DNA from: Octopus vulgaris
Lineage: Eukaryota
Direction of reading: 5' to 3'
DNA: 64,000 nt
NCBI GenBank assembly: GCA_951406725.2
Contig: OX597842.1
Span: forward strand, 6,138,001 to 6,202,000
Position numbers and translations under genes: made by a program. The notes beneath the pieces are model-generated. The model was not told where the DNA came from. It was given only the letters and a program-made list of their open reading frames with translations, and ran no database searches. Shown here piece by piece: positions 13,699-28,609 of this stretch. Each line of letters starts with the position of its first letter. Within the stretch, counting starts at the first letter, position 1.

Positions 13699-14117
13699 AT
13701 ATATATATGAATATATATATACATACATATATATATATATTTACATGACTGTATACATCACCTCTGTCCAATTAGCTGTCAAGAACTGTTATGATGTCAT
13801 AGCATGGAACAAATTTATTAAATAACATATGGTGGTGTGGTACTGGTGGCAGTGACAGTAGCAGTGGTAATAATGGTGGTACTGGTGGCAGTGACAGTAG
13901 CAGTGGTAATAATGGTGGTGGTGGTGGTGGTGACACTGGTAACAGTGGTGGTGATAGTGCTAATGCTTCTTGTGGTGCTGAGTAGGTGGATAGAGGCATG
14001 TATTGAGAGTGATGCTGTGAATGTTAAAGTTATACAGTTGATAGATGTATACAGTAATGTAGTCATAGTGACAGTGGTGGAAGCGAAGGGGGGTGGTGCT
14101 ATGGCTGCTTTTCATGT

Positions 14118-14530
14118 TACTCTTTTACTCTTTTACTTGTTTCAGTCATTTGACCGTGGCCATGCTGGAGCACCGCCTTTACTCGAGCAACTCGACCCCG
14201 GGACTTATTCTTTTGTAAGCCCAGTACTTATTCTATCGGTCTCTTTTGCCGAACCCCTAAGTAACGGGGACATAAACACACCAGCATCGGTTGTCAAGCA
14301 ATGCTTGGGGGACAAACACAGACACACAAACACACACACGCACATATACATATATATACATATATACGACAGGCTTCTTTCAGTTTCTGTCTACCAAATC
14401 CACTCACAAGGCATTGGTCAACCTAAGGCTATAGTAGAAGACACTTGCCCAAGGTGCCACACAGTGGGACTGATCCCGGAACCATGTTGTTGGTAAACAA
14501 GCTACTTACCACACAGCCACTCCTGCGCCT
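14118..14530 (-). mobile_element. SINE family A, full length, about 70 bp upstream of the splice acceptor
   Basis: Reverse complement of 7551-7958. Confidence 0.9.
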
Positions 14531-14602
14531 ATGTTGTTAATATTTTGTTGTTTTAATAATAAATGTTTTGCTTATTTTTGTTTTTTGTTTCTGTCATTGC
14601 AG

Positions 14603-14741
14603 GTAGCTATTCTGACCCGTTCCAAGAAGCAGTACTGTGGCGGCACTTTGATCTCTCCTCAATGGGTTCTGACAGCGGCACACTGCATCCGGAAGCGAGG
14701 AAAAGAAGCGCAAAGTCATTGTGCGTGTCGGAGAGCATGAC
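14603..14741 (+). CDS. Same protease, next exon (His57 region); 1-nt frameshift in the A run at 14701-14704
   Basis: Acceptor ttgcag at 14597-14602. Phase-0 join WPWQ|[28 protein letters not shown]. Removing one A gives [17 protein letters not shown]. Confidence 0.9.
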
Positions 14742-15033
14742 TGCATATACATATATATATACATGGTGGCAGAGGTGGTGAGATCAACACAGACTTTTCC
14801 CACATATATATCGATTCCATATATATATATGACATATGCCCTACTGAAACATATATATACATGCATATATACACTATATATACATGCCTATACATCATAT
14901 ATACATAGAGCTATATATATATATATCATTGGTTGGGGCATATATGTATATATGTACATTATTATATACATACACACACATATATATACATATATACATA
15001 TATATATATATGTGTGTGTATATATATATACAC

Positions 15034-15081
<48 letters not shown>
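14742..15081 (+). pseudogene. Corrupted middle of the protease exon: (TA)-like sequence with surviving motif islands; GDSGGP missing
   Basis: Islands gacttttcccac (DFPH-like, 14792), gac...gccctactgaaa (D-x-ALLK, 14831-14849), tgcct (14885) and atcattggttggggc (IIGWG, 14925-14939) occur in canonical S1A order. Confidence 0.75.
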
Positions 15082-15082
<1 letters not shown>

Positions 15083-15168
15083 GCAAATATGGTGTCTATA
15101 CAGATGTGCGCAAATATCTAAAATGGATTTACAAAACAATCGGTAACAACTGTACCAGGCGACCTTAG
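15082..15168 (+). CDS. Protease C-terminus and stop
   Basis: [28 protein letters not shown] matches the S1A GVYT-x-V-xx-YL-x-WI terminus. AATAAA at 15223-15228. Confidence 0.85.
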
Positions 15169-15344
15169 ACATTGGACCCTTAGTGCCCTAGTTTGATAGT
15201 CCAGTAGACTGGTAGGGGTCCAAATAAATTGGGTGAGAAGATGATGGGTGAAAGACTTTGGGGATCTGTCATTTGTAAAAATGACCTTACATTGAACAGT
15301 TAATGCACTGGTCTTGTTGGTCAGCGATCAGCAACAAGCAAACA

Positions 15345-16816
<1,472 letters not shown>

Positions 16817-17169
16817 TTTGCAGTTCAGGTAGATTTATTACTTTTATGCATGTTTGCTTAAAGAAACAGCTAGTAACCTGTTCTATTGTTCAATTGTTTG
16901 TATTTTCTGGAAGCTGTGTCTGCTTAGGAGAGACTGAGGGAGAGCAAGAGAAAGAGAGCCACAAAGAAAGAGTGTGTGAGAGAGAAGAGGAGGGAAGAAA
17001 GAAAGAAAGAGTGAAACACTTCCAATGATAGAAAGGGAAGATTATGATGCTGATGATGAGGAGAAAGGAGGAGGAGAGCTATACAGCTAATTATGCAAAT
17101 AGACTAAAGAAAATATCTTTTGAAAAGTTTATCTCTAAAGATGTCTAGATGCTTAGTTGAAATTTTAGG

Positions 17170-18487
<1,318 letters not shown>

Positions 18488-18527
18488 GATGACAAAGGAT
18501 TAAATCAATTGTCTTATGAGTTTCATT

Positions 18528-18608
18528 AGCTTACAGCTGTTTCCACAATATGACGCAGTGGACTCGTAGTTGAGTGCCTGAGTAACACCTTACAGTTTCA
18601 TCAGAACC
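18528..18608 (-). ncRNA. Hammerhead-like motif with degraded stem II, next to (TA)n
   Basis: Minus strand ggtt CTGATGA ... GAAAC AGCT GTA agct. Confidence 0.6.
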
Positions 18609-18949
18609 TCAAACATGAAGTGAATCTTATTTGGGAAAACAAATACATTTAAGCATACATACTTGAAGGCATAACCAATGAGAAAGCATATATGTGAGGG
18701 ATGAAATCCAGGGGCTCCTCCCACAATAAAAATAAGATTAATTATATATATAAGTTTAGTTGTGTGTATATATATTTATATACATACATGCATTCATACA
18801 TGCATACATATATATATATAATATGAGAGAATATTAAATATATATATATATGTATGTATATATATAATATGAGGGAATATTATTCCAAACTTACAAGGAA
18901 AAATTCAATTTAGAAATACTAAATCAAATTTCACAAAATATAATATATA

Positions 18950-19235
18950 TATACAAATTAGAAAAAAAAACACCTTTTATCAATTCAACAATGAAAAAGT
19001 TAAATTATACCACTTAGAAAAAATTACATCTTATAGAAAAAGTTAAAAAAAACATATGCCAATGATTAAGTAATGTGCAAAATAATAAATAAAACGTATA
19101 TATTTGGTATATTAGTATATATTGGTATAAGTTTTTATCTTATATTTAATTTTTCTATAAGATGTAATTTTTTTCTAAATGGTATAATTTAATTTTTTCA
19201 TTGTTGAATTGATAAAAGGTGTTTTTTTTCTAATT

Positions 19236-19245
<10 letters not shown>
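18950..19245. repeat. AT-rich fold-back, arms about 100 bp
   Basis: caccttttatcaattcaacaatgaaaaa.. is mirrored by ..tttttcattgttgaattgataaaaggtg. Confidence 0.85.
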
Positions 19246-19278
<33 letters not shown>

Positions 19279-19358
19279 ATTATTATCATTATTATTATTA
19301 TATATGCATACATACATACACACAGATATATACGTAATATAGCATTTCATTTTTGGAA

Positions 19359-19565
19359 TGTTTGATCTTGAAGCAGATAAACTATAAATAATAACATCGA
19401 AATATTGAGTTAAGAGAAAACTTTTGGATAGATTAAGTCGAAGGCTGCTGAAGATATGGCTTCATGTCCCATGGACACTGTTTGACTTTTCCTATCCAAA
19501 TAGGATTTTTTAACCCAATATTTGCATGCTATTAGCTATAGCTTATTTACTTCAAGATCCAACAC
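19359..19565. repeat. Fold-back, arms about 85 bp, with CTGAAGA in the loop
   Basis: gatcttgaag..aatattgagttaa..ttggatag is mirrored by ctatccaa..ttaacccaatatt..cttcaagatc. Confidence 0.75.
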
Positions 19566-20097
19566 ACCAAAAAAAAAATATATTATTTTATGTTTTCTTG
19601 GAGTTTACAACTTCTTATTCCATCAATACATAGGTATATGTATGTATACAATGTTAAAATAAAACCACAAGTCTTGTTAAATAGTTACCCGAATTTTTTA
19701 AGGTTTGAATAATAATAATTTATTTTGCCATTCTTCAAGCTGAGAACAAAACCATTTGTCAGATGACATTTTGCCAGGTGATGTTTAAACAAGTGATGCT
19801 GTATATAGATATGTATACATGTATGTGTAGGTAATGTATAATACACACACTCATATAAGTATGAATGTGCATGTCTGTGTGAGTGTGTATATATATATAT
19901 ATGTGTATATGTATATATGTATATAAGTATATGTATGTGTGTACATGTGTGTGTATAGATGTATATTAATTATTTCAAGGATATAAATACCTCTTAAAGG
20001 GATGTCAGCATCCAGGTTCCCAGGTTTTATCCAGTGTATCAGTGAAATACTAAAAGATGTTGGTTTCACATTGATGGATATGGGTACATTACCTTTT

Positions 20098-20602
20098 ATG
20101 TATAAGAAAAAGAAAATGGAGAAATTGACATGCAGACATCGACTTATGGAAACAAATCTAATTTCAAACAATATCAAACTCATAAGTCCTACAATTGTTT
20201 CCTTGCCCAATTAGTTCAAATTAGAAAAATTAAATTAAAGATTCTTATTGCATATAGTTAACTGAACATTTCTTCGGGGTCAGAACTTGATAGAAAAGGA
20301 ACCACATCCCAATGTGTTGGTATATCATTGGTAAACTCAGCATTAAATTCAGATATGTGCATTTACCAATGATATATCAATACACTGGGACGTAGTCCCT
20401 TTTTCTATCAAGTTCTGACCCTGAAGAAATGTTCAGTTAACTATATGCAATAAGAAATTTTAATTTAATTTTTCTAATTTGAATTAATTGGGTATGGAAA
20501 CGATTGTAGGATCTATGAGTTTGATATTGTTTGAAATTGGATTTGTTTTGATAAATTGATGTCTGCATATCAAGTTTTCCATTTTCTTCTTTTTCTTATA
20601 TA
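20098..20602. mobile_element. About 500-bp palindromic element made of two head-to-head HHR-bearing arms
   Basis: Arms about 235 bp, loop about 25 bp. Plus HHR 20417-20512: CTGAAGA..tgttcagtt/aattgggta..GAAAC gatt GTA. Minus HHR 20186-20281: CCGAAGA..GAAAC aatt GTA. Confidence 0.8.
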
Positions 20603-21374
20603 CATATATCTATATCCAAAAACAAGTTTAAAGGAATATATAATCCTGGCAGTTACCATGTTTCCTCTTAAATTGGCTTCAGATGCAAGCTAACTACAAT
20701 AGCCTTTTAGTGATACCCAAATTAACAATAAGTTGTTAGACTCTGATAACTATTCTCACTTGGTAAATCCGAGTGTCCTATTCAGGACTGCATAGTTTCC
20801 ATTGAGTAAGTAATAGTATTCTTAATGATAAGGAGAATGGAAAATTTTCACATTTATAATTTTCTTAAACAGATATGCATCCTGGTGTCGGCGTTGGTAC
20901 AGTTTTATCAGGGTCCTTATTTTATTGTTGTTTTGAAGAGAAACCCATATCTAACAGTGTGTAATCGATGCAGTTGAAACATGCATACATCCAGAAAAGG
21001 ACACTCTAAATAACTGTTTAATGAAATTATGGATGTAAAAATTCTCTGTTCTCTTTTTCATTATTAATACTATATATATATATGTTATAATTTAGAACAA
21101 ACAGTAAAAGTTGTCATTATAGTGCTTGGAACTTTGAATGTCAGAGCAAAGAGCTACAATACATTCTCATCAGCTATTAATGGCAACCGACTCTATGAAA
21201 ACCATTGAATAAAAGGGAAGTTACTCTAATAGGTAGAAAGAGAAAAAAGAAAAGCAATAAAAAATACATGAAACCATATTCTCACAATACATAGACATAA
21301 ACCTCCTGCGTTCACAAAGTCTTCGTATATACACACTCACACAAGCATGTATATGTACATGCACATACACAAAC

Positions 21375-21416
<42 letters not shown>

Positions 21417-21618
21417 GTACATACCCATACATACACACATATCCACACACACACATGCACACGTATATAAATATACATATATATATATATGTAGATGTGT
21501 ACACAACCTCATCCTCATATACACATAGTGCTTACATGCATACACATAACATAATACATATATATATATATTTAGACATTTATATATATAAATATACGTA
21601 TATATATATAAGACATAC

Positions 21619-22000
21619 ATTATTTATGAAACCACCGTAAATTCCATGAACACTAATAATACAGTTTCAACCAAAGGATATGTGGGTTTCACAGAGGGAA
21701 ATTTCAAAGCAAGATTCAACAATCACCCCTTAAGCTTCACACACTGGAATAAATGAAAAACTACCAAATTACCCAGTTATATATGGTTCTTAAAAGAACA
21801 AGGTGTCAACTACAGGATTTACTGGAAGACCTTAGCCAAGTGTAAACCTTATACCAATGGTAGTGGCAAGTGCAGTCTTTGTAATATGGAAAGATGGCTC
21901 ATCTTGAAAATTTCCTTCGACCCTGCTACACGTTTAAATTCAAGAACTGAACTTTTTGGGTCATGTCCATATGTCACAAAATACATGTTACGGTTTTGGG
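21619..22000 (+). pseudogene. GIY-YIG endonuclease remnant (Naiad-type PLE)
   Basis: IIYETTV..KGYVGFTEGNFKARFNNH..SF..*KTTKLPSYIWFLKE..W..CKPY..KCSLCNMER..LNSRTELFGSC, with one TGA at 21754. Confidence 0.85.
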
Positions 22001-22182
22001 CTCCCTAAGATCATGGCTAGAATCCACATTTCTACTATGTTCCTGCACAAGCTTTCCCATGTTTTAACTCCCATTAATTTTTTAATTTTTTATGTATATT
22101 TTTTTCATTTTTTCCATTTTCTTTTTAATTGTGTGTACATGTGTGTATGTATATGTATATGTATGTATATATATTATATCTA

Positions 22183-22582
22183 TAGGCATAGGAGTGGCTG
22201 TGTGGTAAGTAGCTATAGGCGTAGGAGTGGCTGTGTGGTAAGTAGCTTGCTTACAAACCACATGGTTCCAAGTTCAGTCCCCCTGAGTGGCACCTTGGGC
22301 AAGTGTCTTCTACTATAGTCCCAGGCCGACCAAAGCCTTGTGAGTGGCTTTGGCAGATGGAAACTGAAAGAAGCCTGTCGTATATATGTATATATGTGTG
22401 TATGTATATGTTTGTGTGTCTGTGTTTGTCCCCCCAACATCTCGTGACAACTGATGCTGATGTGTTTACATCCCCATAACTTAGCGGTTCGGCAAAAATG
22501 AATAAGTCCTGGGGTTGATTTGTTCAACTAAAGGTGGTGCTCAAGCATGGCCACAGTCAAATGACTGAAACAAGTAAAAGAG
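22183..22582 (+). mobile_element. SINE family A with duplicated 5' head
   Basis: taggcntaggagtggctgtgtggtaagtagct occurs twice, then the SINE body. Confidence 0.88.
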
Positions 22583-22734
22583 TATGTGTGTCTGTGTGTA
22601 TGTGTATATGTATATGAGTGTAAGACTGTGCCAAGTGCATATGTGCAACTTTCATGCACATGCCCCTTTCATTTATACAGCTATGCATATGTTTGTATAT
22701 ATGCAGGAATGTGAATGTATGTCTGTATATATAT

Positions 22735-23463
22735 CATCATCATCATCATCATCATCGTTTAACGTCCGTTTTCCGCGCTAGCACGGGTTGGACGGTTTCG
22801 ACCGGGGTCTGGGGAGCTAGGGACTGCCCCAGGCTCCAGTCTAGTCTGGCAGTGTTTCTACAGCTGGATGCCCTTCCTAACGCCAACCACTCCGCGAGTG
22901 TAGTGGGTGCTTTTTACGTGCGACCTGCACAGGTGCCAGAGGGGTCTGGCATCGGCCACGTTCGGATGGTGCTTTTTTTTGTGGGGGGGGTGCAGAAATA
23001 TAGGGGAGCACCAGTGGGGAGGGGTGGTTCAGAGAAATGATGACAGGTTCTAGGCAAGTAGAACGTAGGATATCAAGAGAGGGGTAATGCATGGTGAAAT
23101 AGCGTATTGAAGAGGGGTTCGAAGAGTAGACACCTATAATGGTGGTGGGAGAAGCGACATCCGGTATAGATGGAGCAAAAATATAGAGATATCCGGTATT
23201 GGTGGTGGGGGTAGGCAGGGCCGGTATTGGTGGTGGGGGTGGGCAGGGCTTGTGCACCGCGAATACACGATGGTTGATTACAGTCGAGAAGAGAAATGGA
23301 TAAATTAGTTAAAATAATTAGATAGATAGAGAAATTAGATAAAAATATTTAGATAGATAAGAAAGCATGTATGATCGATCGAGAAGTGAAAATAAATAAG
23401 CATTCAAACTTATCTGCGCTCGGGTGCTAGATGAATGAATGAGAGAGCAAATGTATGGGGCTG

Positions 23464-23465
<2 letters not shown>
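22735..23465 (-). mobile_element. Non-coding element with an RTE-LINE 3' tail and a distinct body
   Basis: (CAT)n plus gtttaacgtccg..ggatgcccttcctaacgcc tail. Body nearly identical to 40675-41160. Confidence 0.75.
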
Positions 23466-23516
<51 letters not shown>

Positions 23517-24142
23517 CATACATATATATATGTATATTTATATGTATAAATGTCTAAATATATATGCATTATGTTACGTGTAATCATGTAAGCACCTATG
23601 TGTATATGAGGATGAGAGTGCATACACATATACATATACATATATATATATATATATATATACATGCATATATACATACATATATATATATCATCATCAT
23701 CATCATCATTTAGCGTCCGTTTTCCATGCTAGCATGGGTTGGACGGTTTAACTGGGGTCTGTGAAGCCGGAAGGCTTCATCAGGCCCAGTCAGATTTGGC
23801 AGTGTTTCTACGGCTGGATGCCCTTCCTAATGCCAACAACTCCGTATATATATATACATGTGTGTGGGTATGTGTGTATGTGCATGTATGTATACATGTT
23901 TGTGTAAGTGTGTACACATATGTAGACATTGTGAACACAGATGGTTTATGTCTATGTATTGTGAGAATATGGTTGCGTATATTTTTTTTCTTTTTTCTGT
24001 TTCTGCCTATTAGAGTAACTTTCCTTTTATTCAACGGTTTTCATAGCATCTGTTGCCATTAATAGCCGACAAGAATGTATCGTAGCTCTTTGCTCCGATG
24101 TTTGAAACTCTGAGTACCATAATGACAACCTTTTACTGTTTG

Positions 24143-24571
24143 AAAATAGAAATAATATATTTGTAAATCTCTCAGAGAGATCTTTGCAGTAGCAGCACAA
24201 TAAAGTGATAGTATGTTGTCAATTTAATGTGCCAGTCCCATAAAAAGTAAGAATGCTATTGTTATTTAGCCCTAGGAAACACCGTTTCTTGTTGGACTTG
24301 ACACACATGTCCTGCATCCTTATATTTTCAAAGGCAGATAGGCATCAACAACTAGCAAGCCATGCTACTCCAGACTGATGATGAGCAATGACTCTGAAAC
24401 TAGTCTCTGGATGTTGGCTTTGCTGGGTGGAGATGCTTGTCTCCACTTTGAAAACATAAGGAAACAAGAAATGTATCAAATCCACCAGGAAACGGTATTT
24501 CCTAGGGCTAAATAGCAGTAACATTCTTCCCTTTCATGGGACTGTCACATTAAGTTGACAACATACTATCA
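24143..24571 (+). mobile_element. Fold-back insertion with a 13-bp TSD and an HHR in the loop
   Basis: CTTTTACTGTTTG at 24130-24142 and 24572-24584. Inverted arms about 24201-24334 and 24446-24576. Confidence 0.8.
24369..24411 (+). ncRNA. Minimal type-I hammerhead ribozyme, apparently intact
   Basis: TCCAGA CTGATGA T GAG caatga CTC T GAAAC TA GTC TCTGGA: 6-bp stem I, full core, palindromic ACTAGT stem III, predicted cleavage after 24405. Confidence 0.85.
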
Positions 24572-25466
24572 CTTTTACTGTTTGTTCTAAATTATAACAT
24601 ATATAAATAATCCTCTATTTATCTAATATTGAGGTCTTACTCTTTTGTTTCTACTTTTAATTATTGTTGTTGTTATTATTATCATTATTATTATTAATAT
24701 TATATATAGACAGATAGACCAATTGATAACTTAGCAGAAATACTGGTCATAAATAATTTATTCCATAGGTGTAAGCAGAAAGATACAAAGAATGTAGGAA
24801 CAACTGAATATTGCATTGGCCAAAAGATGTTCTGGTCATTTGTTTCAGTTGGGCATATCTATATACATTCATAACATCCAGTTATGCAATTGTGTATAAC
24901 TATATACCTACGTTACACAGATTACACAAGTATGGTATATATATATAATAGAAATATGCTTCAAAAAGAGAATAGAAACTACACGTGAAAAAGATATGAG
25001 GAAAGTAAGAAGAAAAAAAGCGAAAATACACATTGGATATCAAAAAAATAATGGCTTTTTTTATGAAAAGTAACGAAAAACATATACAATTAGATTAACT
25101 GGGGTAGAGTTAAGAGGAATAAAAGTCATTATTTTGAATTGTTAAAGAGATTCAAAGTCATACCGGTATTGTCAAACACTGTTCACTGGCTTTTCTATGT
25201 ATGTATGTATCTATATCTATCTACCTATCTATCTATATATTTACACACACACACACACACACACACATATAGATATATAGATAGGTAGACAGACATAGAT
25301 ACATACATACATATGCACACAACATATACATATATAGATATATACATGCATATATATGTATATACACACATACATATATATATGTATATACACATACGTA
25401 TATATACATATATATGTATGACTATATATATAGATACATATAAATATATATATACATACATATATG

Positions 25467-25560
<94 letters not shown>

Positions 25561-25810
25561 GATAATTTGAGGGAATATTATGCCTAACTTGTATATATAT
25601 ATATATATATATACATACATAAGTGTATATATAAATGGATGTGTGTATTTTTCCCTTGTTAACGATTAACACAGAAAAAATAGATAAATAGTTACCAGGG
25701 TAGCAAAAAATCACACAAGTAAAAAGGAAGTAAAAGAATTTGAATAACACCTGCGTTTAACTCCATTTATTTATTTATATATACATATGTGTATGTATAA
25801 ATTTTATCTT

Positions 25811-26118
25811 CACTAATTGTGACTATATATGCTACAAGCACATATATTGCTAGCAACAAGAGTTAAGTCACTTATAGTTGTGTAAAAGTACATTACTATA
25901 TACTGACAGTGTAGATAACTGTGCCTAAAGTGAAGCAAACCTAGAAGCCTGGACTAAACAGTTCATCCTAACCGGAATTTTCAAAAGCGTGCCTCATTCT
26001 TGAGGCAGTTATCTACCTTGCCAGCATATATAAACGTGCTTTTTTGCAGCTATAAGTGGCTTGACTGCTATTTCTAGCAATATGTGTGCTTGTAGCACAT
26101 ACATCCACAATTGGTATG
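25811..26118. repeat. Fold-back, arms about 115 bp
   Basis: tgctacaagcacatatattgctag..gtagataactg is mirrored by cagttatctac..ctagcaatatgtgtgcttgtagca. Confidence 0.8.
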
Positions 26119-26207
26119 ACTAAATTTTGCCTATACAGTTTATATTGCACTCAGCTGCCCACATAATTGTATACTATATGTATGTATGTATGTATGCACA
26201 TATATGA

Positions 26208-26259
<52 letters not shown>

Positions 26260-26380
26260 GTATGTATGCACATATATGAATGTATATATATATATATATG
26301 TATGTATGTATGTATGTATGCACATATATGAATGTATATATATATATGTATGTATGTATGTATGCACATATATGAGTGTG

Positions 26381-26415
<35 letters not shown>

Positions 26416-26420
26416 GTACA

Positions 26421-26453
<33 letters not shown>

Positions 26454-26458
26454 GTACA

Positions 26459-26492
<34 letters not shown>

Positions 26493-26497
26493 GTACA

Positions 26498-26553
<56 letters not shown>

Positions 26554-26636
26554 TATATGTGTATATATGTATATATATGTATGGCTATATAGACCCTACA
26601 TGTACATATATGTGTGTGTTGGTCCATATGTATGTC

Positions 26637-26673
<37 letters not shown>

Positions 26674-26728
26674 ATACATGCATATATATATTTTTCATAA
26701 GTTTTCAAATAGAGAGAGAGAGAGAGAG

Positions 26729-26914
26729 AGATAAAGTTAGATAAGGCCAGTTTATGGGTTTACCCTGGGTTCCACATCTATAAAGCACTTAGCTTTACAA
26801 CGTATTGTCAGATCCTGAACCTATTCAGCATTTGGCAATATGTCATAAAGCGAAGTGCTTTATGGATGTGAAACCCAGGGTAATCCCATAAACCGGCTTT
26901 ATCTAACTTCATCT
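26729..26914. mobile_element. 186-bp hairpin made of two head-to-head degraded HHRs
   Basis: Minus arm ggat CTGACAA tacgt..atgt GGAAC ccagg GTA aaccc. Plus arm ..atgt GAAAC ccagg GTA atccc. Confidence 0.75.
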
Positions 26915-27007
26915 ATATAATATACTTGTCTATAACTTGAGCGTTCATCTATATTGGATTTTTGTTTTACTGACGACATATATATATAATGAATTTTTTC
27001 CTTTCAC

Positions 27008-27060
<53 letters not shown>

Positions 27061-27413
27061 CTGCAATTAAATCAGAGAAGTACTCAACATTATTAGCTTA
27101 GAACACTAATTTATTTAAAGCTGAGTTTGTGGGAGTTGTTATTTGAGCTTTCTTGTCTTCAGTTTCCAGGTGATGAACTCCATATAGATTAGAAGTTTAG
27201 TCATGGTAAATAAGGGCCAGCTGACTCTGTTGATATCCTTTTGTTAGATGTGTGGGGGGAGGGTGTATAAATGGAGCAGGGTTTGGAGAGAAATAGGGCA
27301 AGTGAAAGAATGAGAGTAAAGAGAATGGGGAAGAAAAGCAGAAGTGGATGAGGGAGTAAAATCAAATCTAAAGGAGAAATCATAAAGAAACAGAGATGAG
27401 AATAAATGGGGTG

Positions 27414-27531
27414 AGAAGAAAAAAGAAGAAAGAAGAAAGAAGAAGAAGAAGAAGAAGAAGAAGAAGAAGAAGAAGAAGAAGAAGAAGAAGAAGAAGAAGA
27501 AGAAGAAGAAGAAGAAGAAGAAGAAGAAGAA
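27414..27531. repeat. (GAA)n microsatellite
   Basis: Directly visible. Confidence 0.95.
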
Positions 27532-28414
27532 GGATGAAAGGCAGGTAGGATGTGAAGAGAAATAGAGAAAGAGAGAAGAGGGGTGAAGTGAAGACCGCAG
27601 ACAGTATAAAATGAGAAGGAATGGTACAAAATATGGGGAAATTGAGAGAGAAGGGAAAAGGAAATTGCATGAGGGACGCTCCCAAATCATTGAATCCACT
27701 GATCCAGGGGTTTTACAAGTAACAATCAATTGTGAAGATTAGAGAGAGATGAATTTTTTGGTTCATGCAGTTGCTGGTTTCAATAGTTTTTATCTCAAAT
27801 TTAAAATGTGATCAGTTGTTTATTTAAAGTATGGGCAGTAATTAGGAGTAGCTTTGCTGTTTACCAGGTGGAAGAATGAAGGCTTGATGCACATCACACA
27901 TTCATATATAATATATATATATATATATATACAGGCATAATTCGCTCCTGCTTTTCAATCTTAGTATTTAAGTTACGCATAATACTGCTGTAGTACACAT
28001 GCTGCGTACATTCCTACAACAATATTTTCTTTACGTGCTGTAAAGGTAGAAGTAAATCTGTCTACAACTCAGTCGCATGCCTCTGTTTCACTTATTTTTT
28101 GTGTGTTTTACTACATAAAGGTCACCAACTGCCTACCCTGAGAAATTACTGATGGTATGAGCCTGATACACACACACACACACATATACACACACATATA
28201 CACAACATACATATATTCATAACCCCATTTGCAGATATATGCACACAAATATCACTCTCTCTCTCTCTCTCTATGTATATATATATATATACACATATAC
28301 ATATATATACATGCACATGGATACATACTCAAATACATTTCCATATATGCACAGGTATGCATTTATATATCCCTACATGTATTTATCCTTGAAGACATGC
28401 CTGTGTGTGTGTAT

Positions 28415-28450
<36 letters not shown>

Positions 28451-28454
28451 GTAC

Positions 28455-28492
<38 letters not shown>

Positions 28493-28503
28493 TATATAGA
28501 AGG

Positions 28504-28554
28504 AGCTTCTACAGGACTAGTACTGTTTCATTCAAGAGAAATCTTCAGGAAGCC
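28504..28554 (-). ncRNA. Type-I hammerhead ribozyme, apparently intact, solo within (TA)n
   Basis: Minus strand GGCTTC CTGAAGA T TTC tctt GAA T GAAAC AG tactagtc CT GTA GAAGCT. Confidence 0.85.
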
Positions 28555-28561
28555 ATATATG

Positions 28562-28609
<48 letters not shown>

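Larger units (their letters stand above)
21085..24604 (+). mobile_element. Naiad-like Penelope element: inverted pLTR, endonuclease remnant and pLTR, with nested insertions
   Basis: 21097-21600 is the inverted copy of 23525-24142. Both arms end in an HHR remnant and the endonuclease lies between them. Confidence 0.75.

Noticed and set aside
13830-14100. Val- or Thr-rich ORFs
   Set aside because: Degenerate (GTG/GTA)n low-complexity repeat.
14701-14704. Programmed frameshift or RNA-editing rescue in the protease
   Set aside because: A single extra A in a homopolymer next to corrupted sequence. A sequencing indel or decay is more likely.
21754-21756. In-frame TGA in the Naiad-like endonuclease as selenocysteine (known in some Naiads)
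   Set aside because: It falls in a basic stretch rather than at a conserved Cys. CGA-to-TGA decay is simpler and I saw no SECIS.
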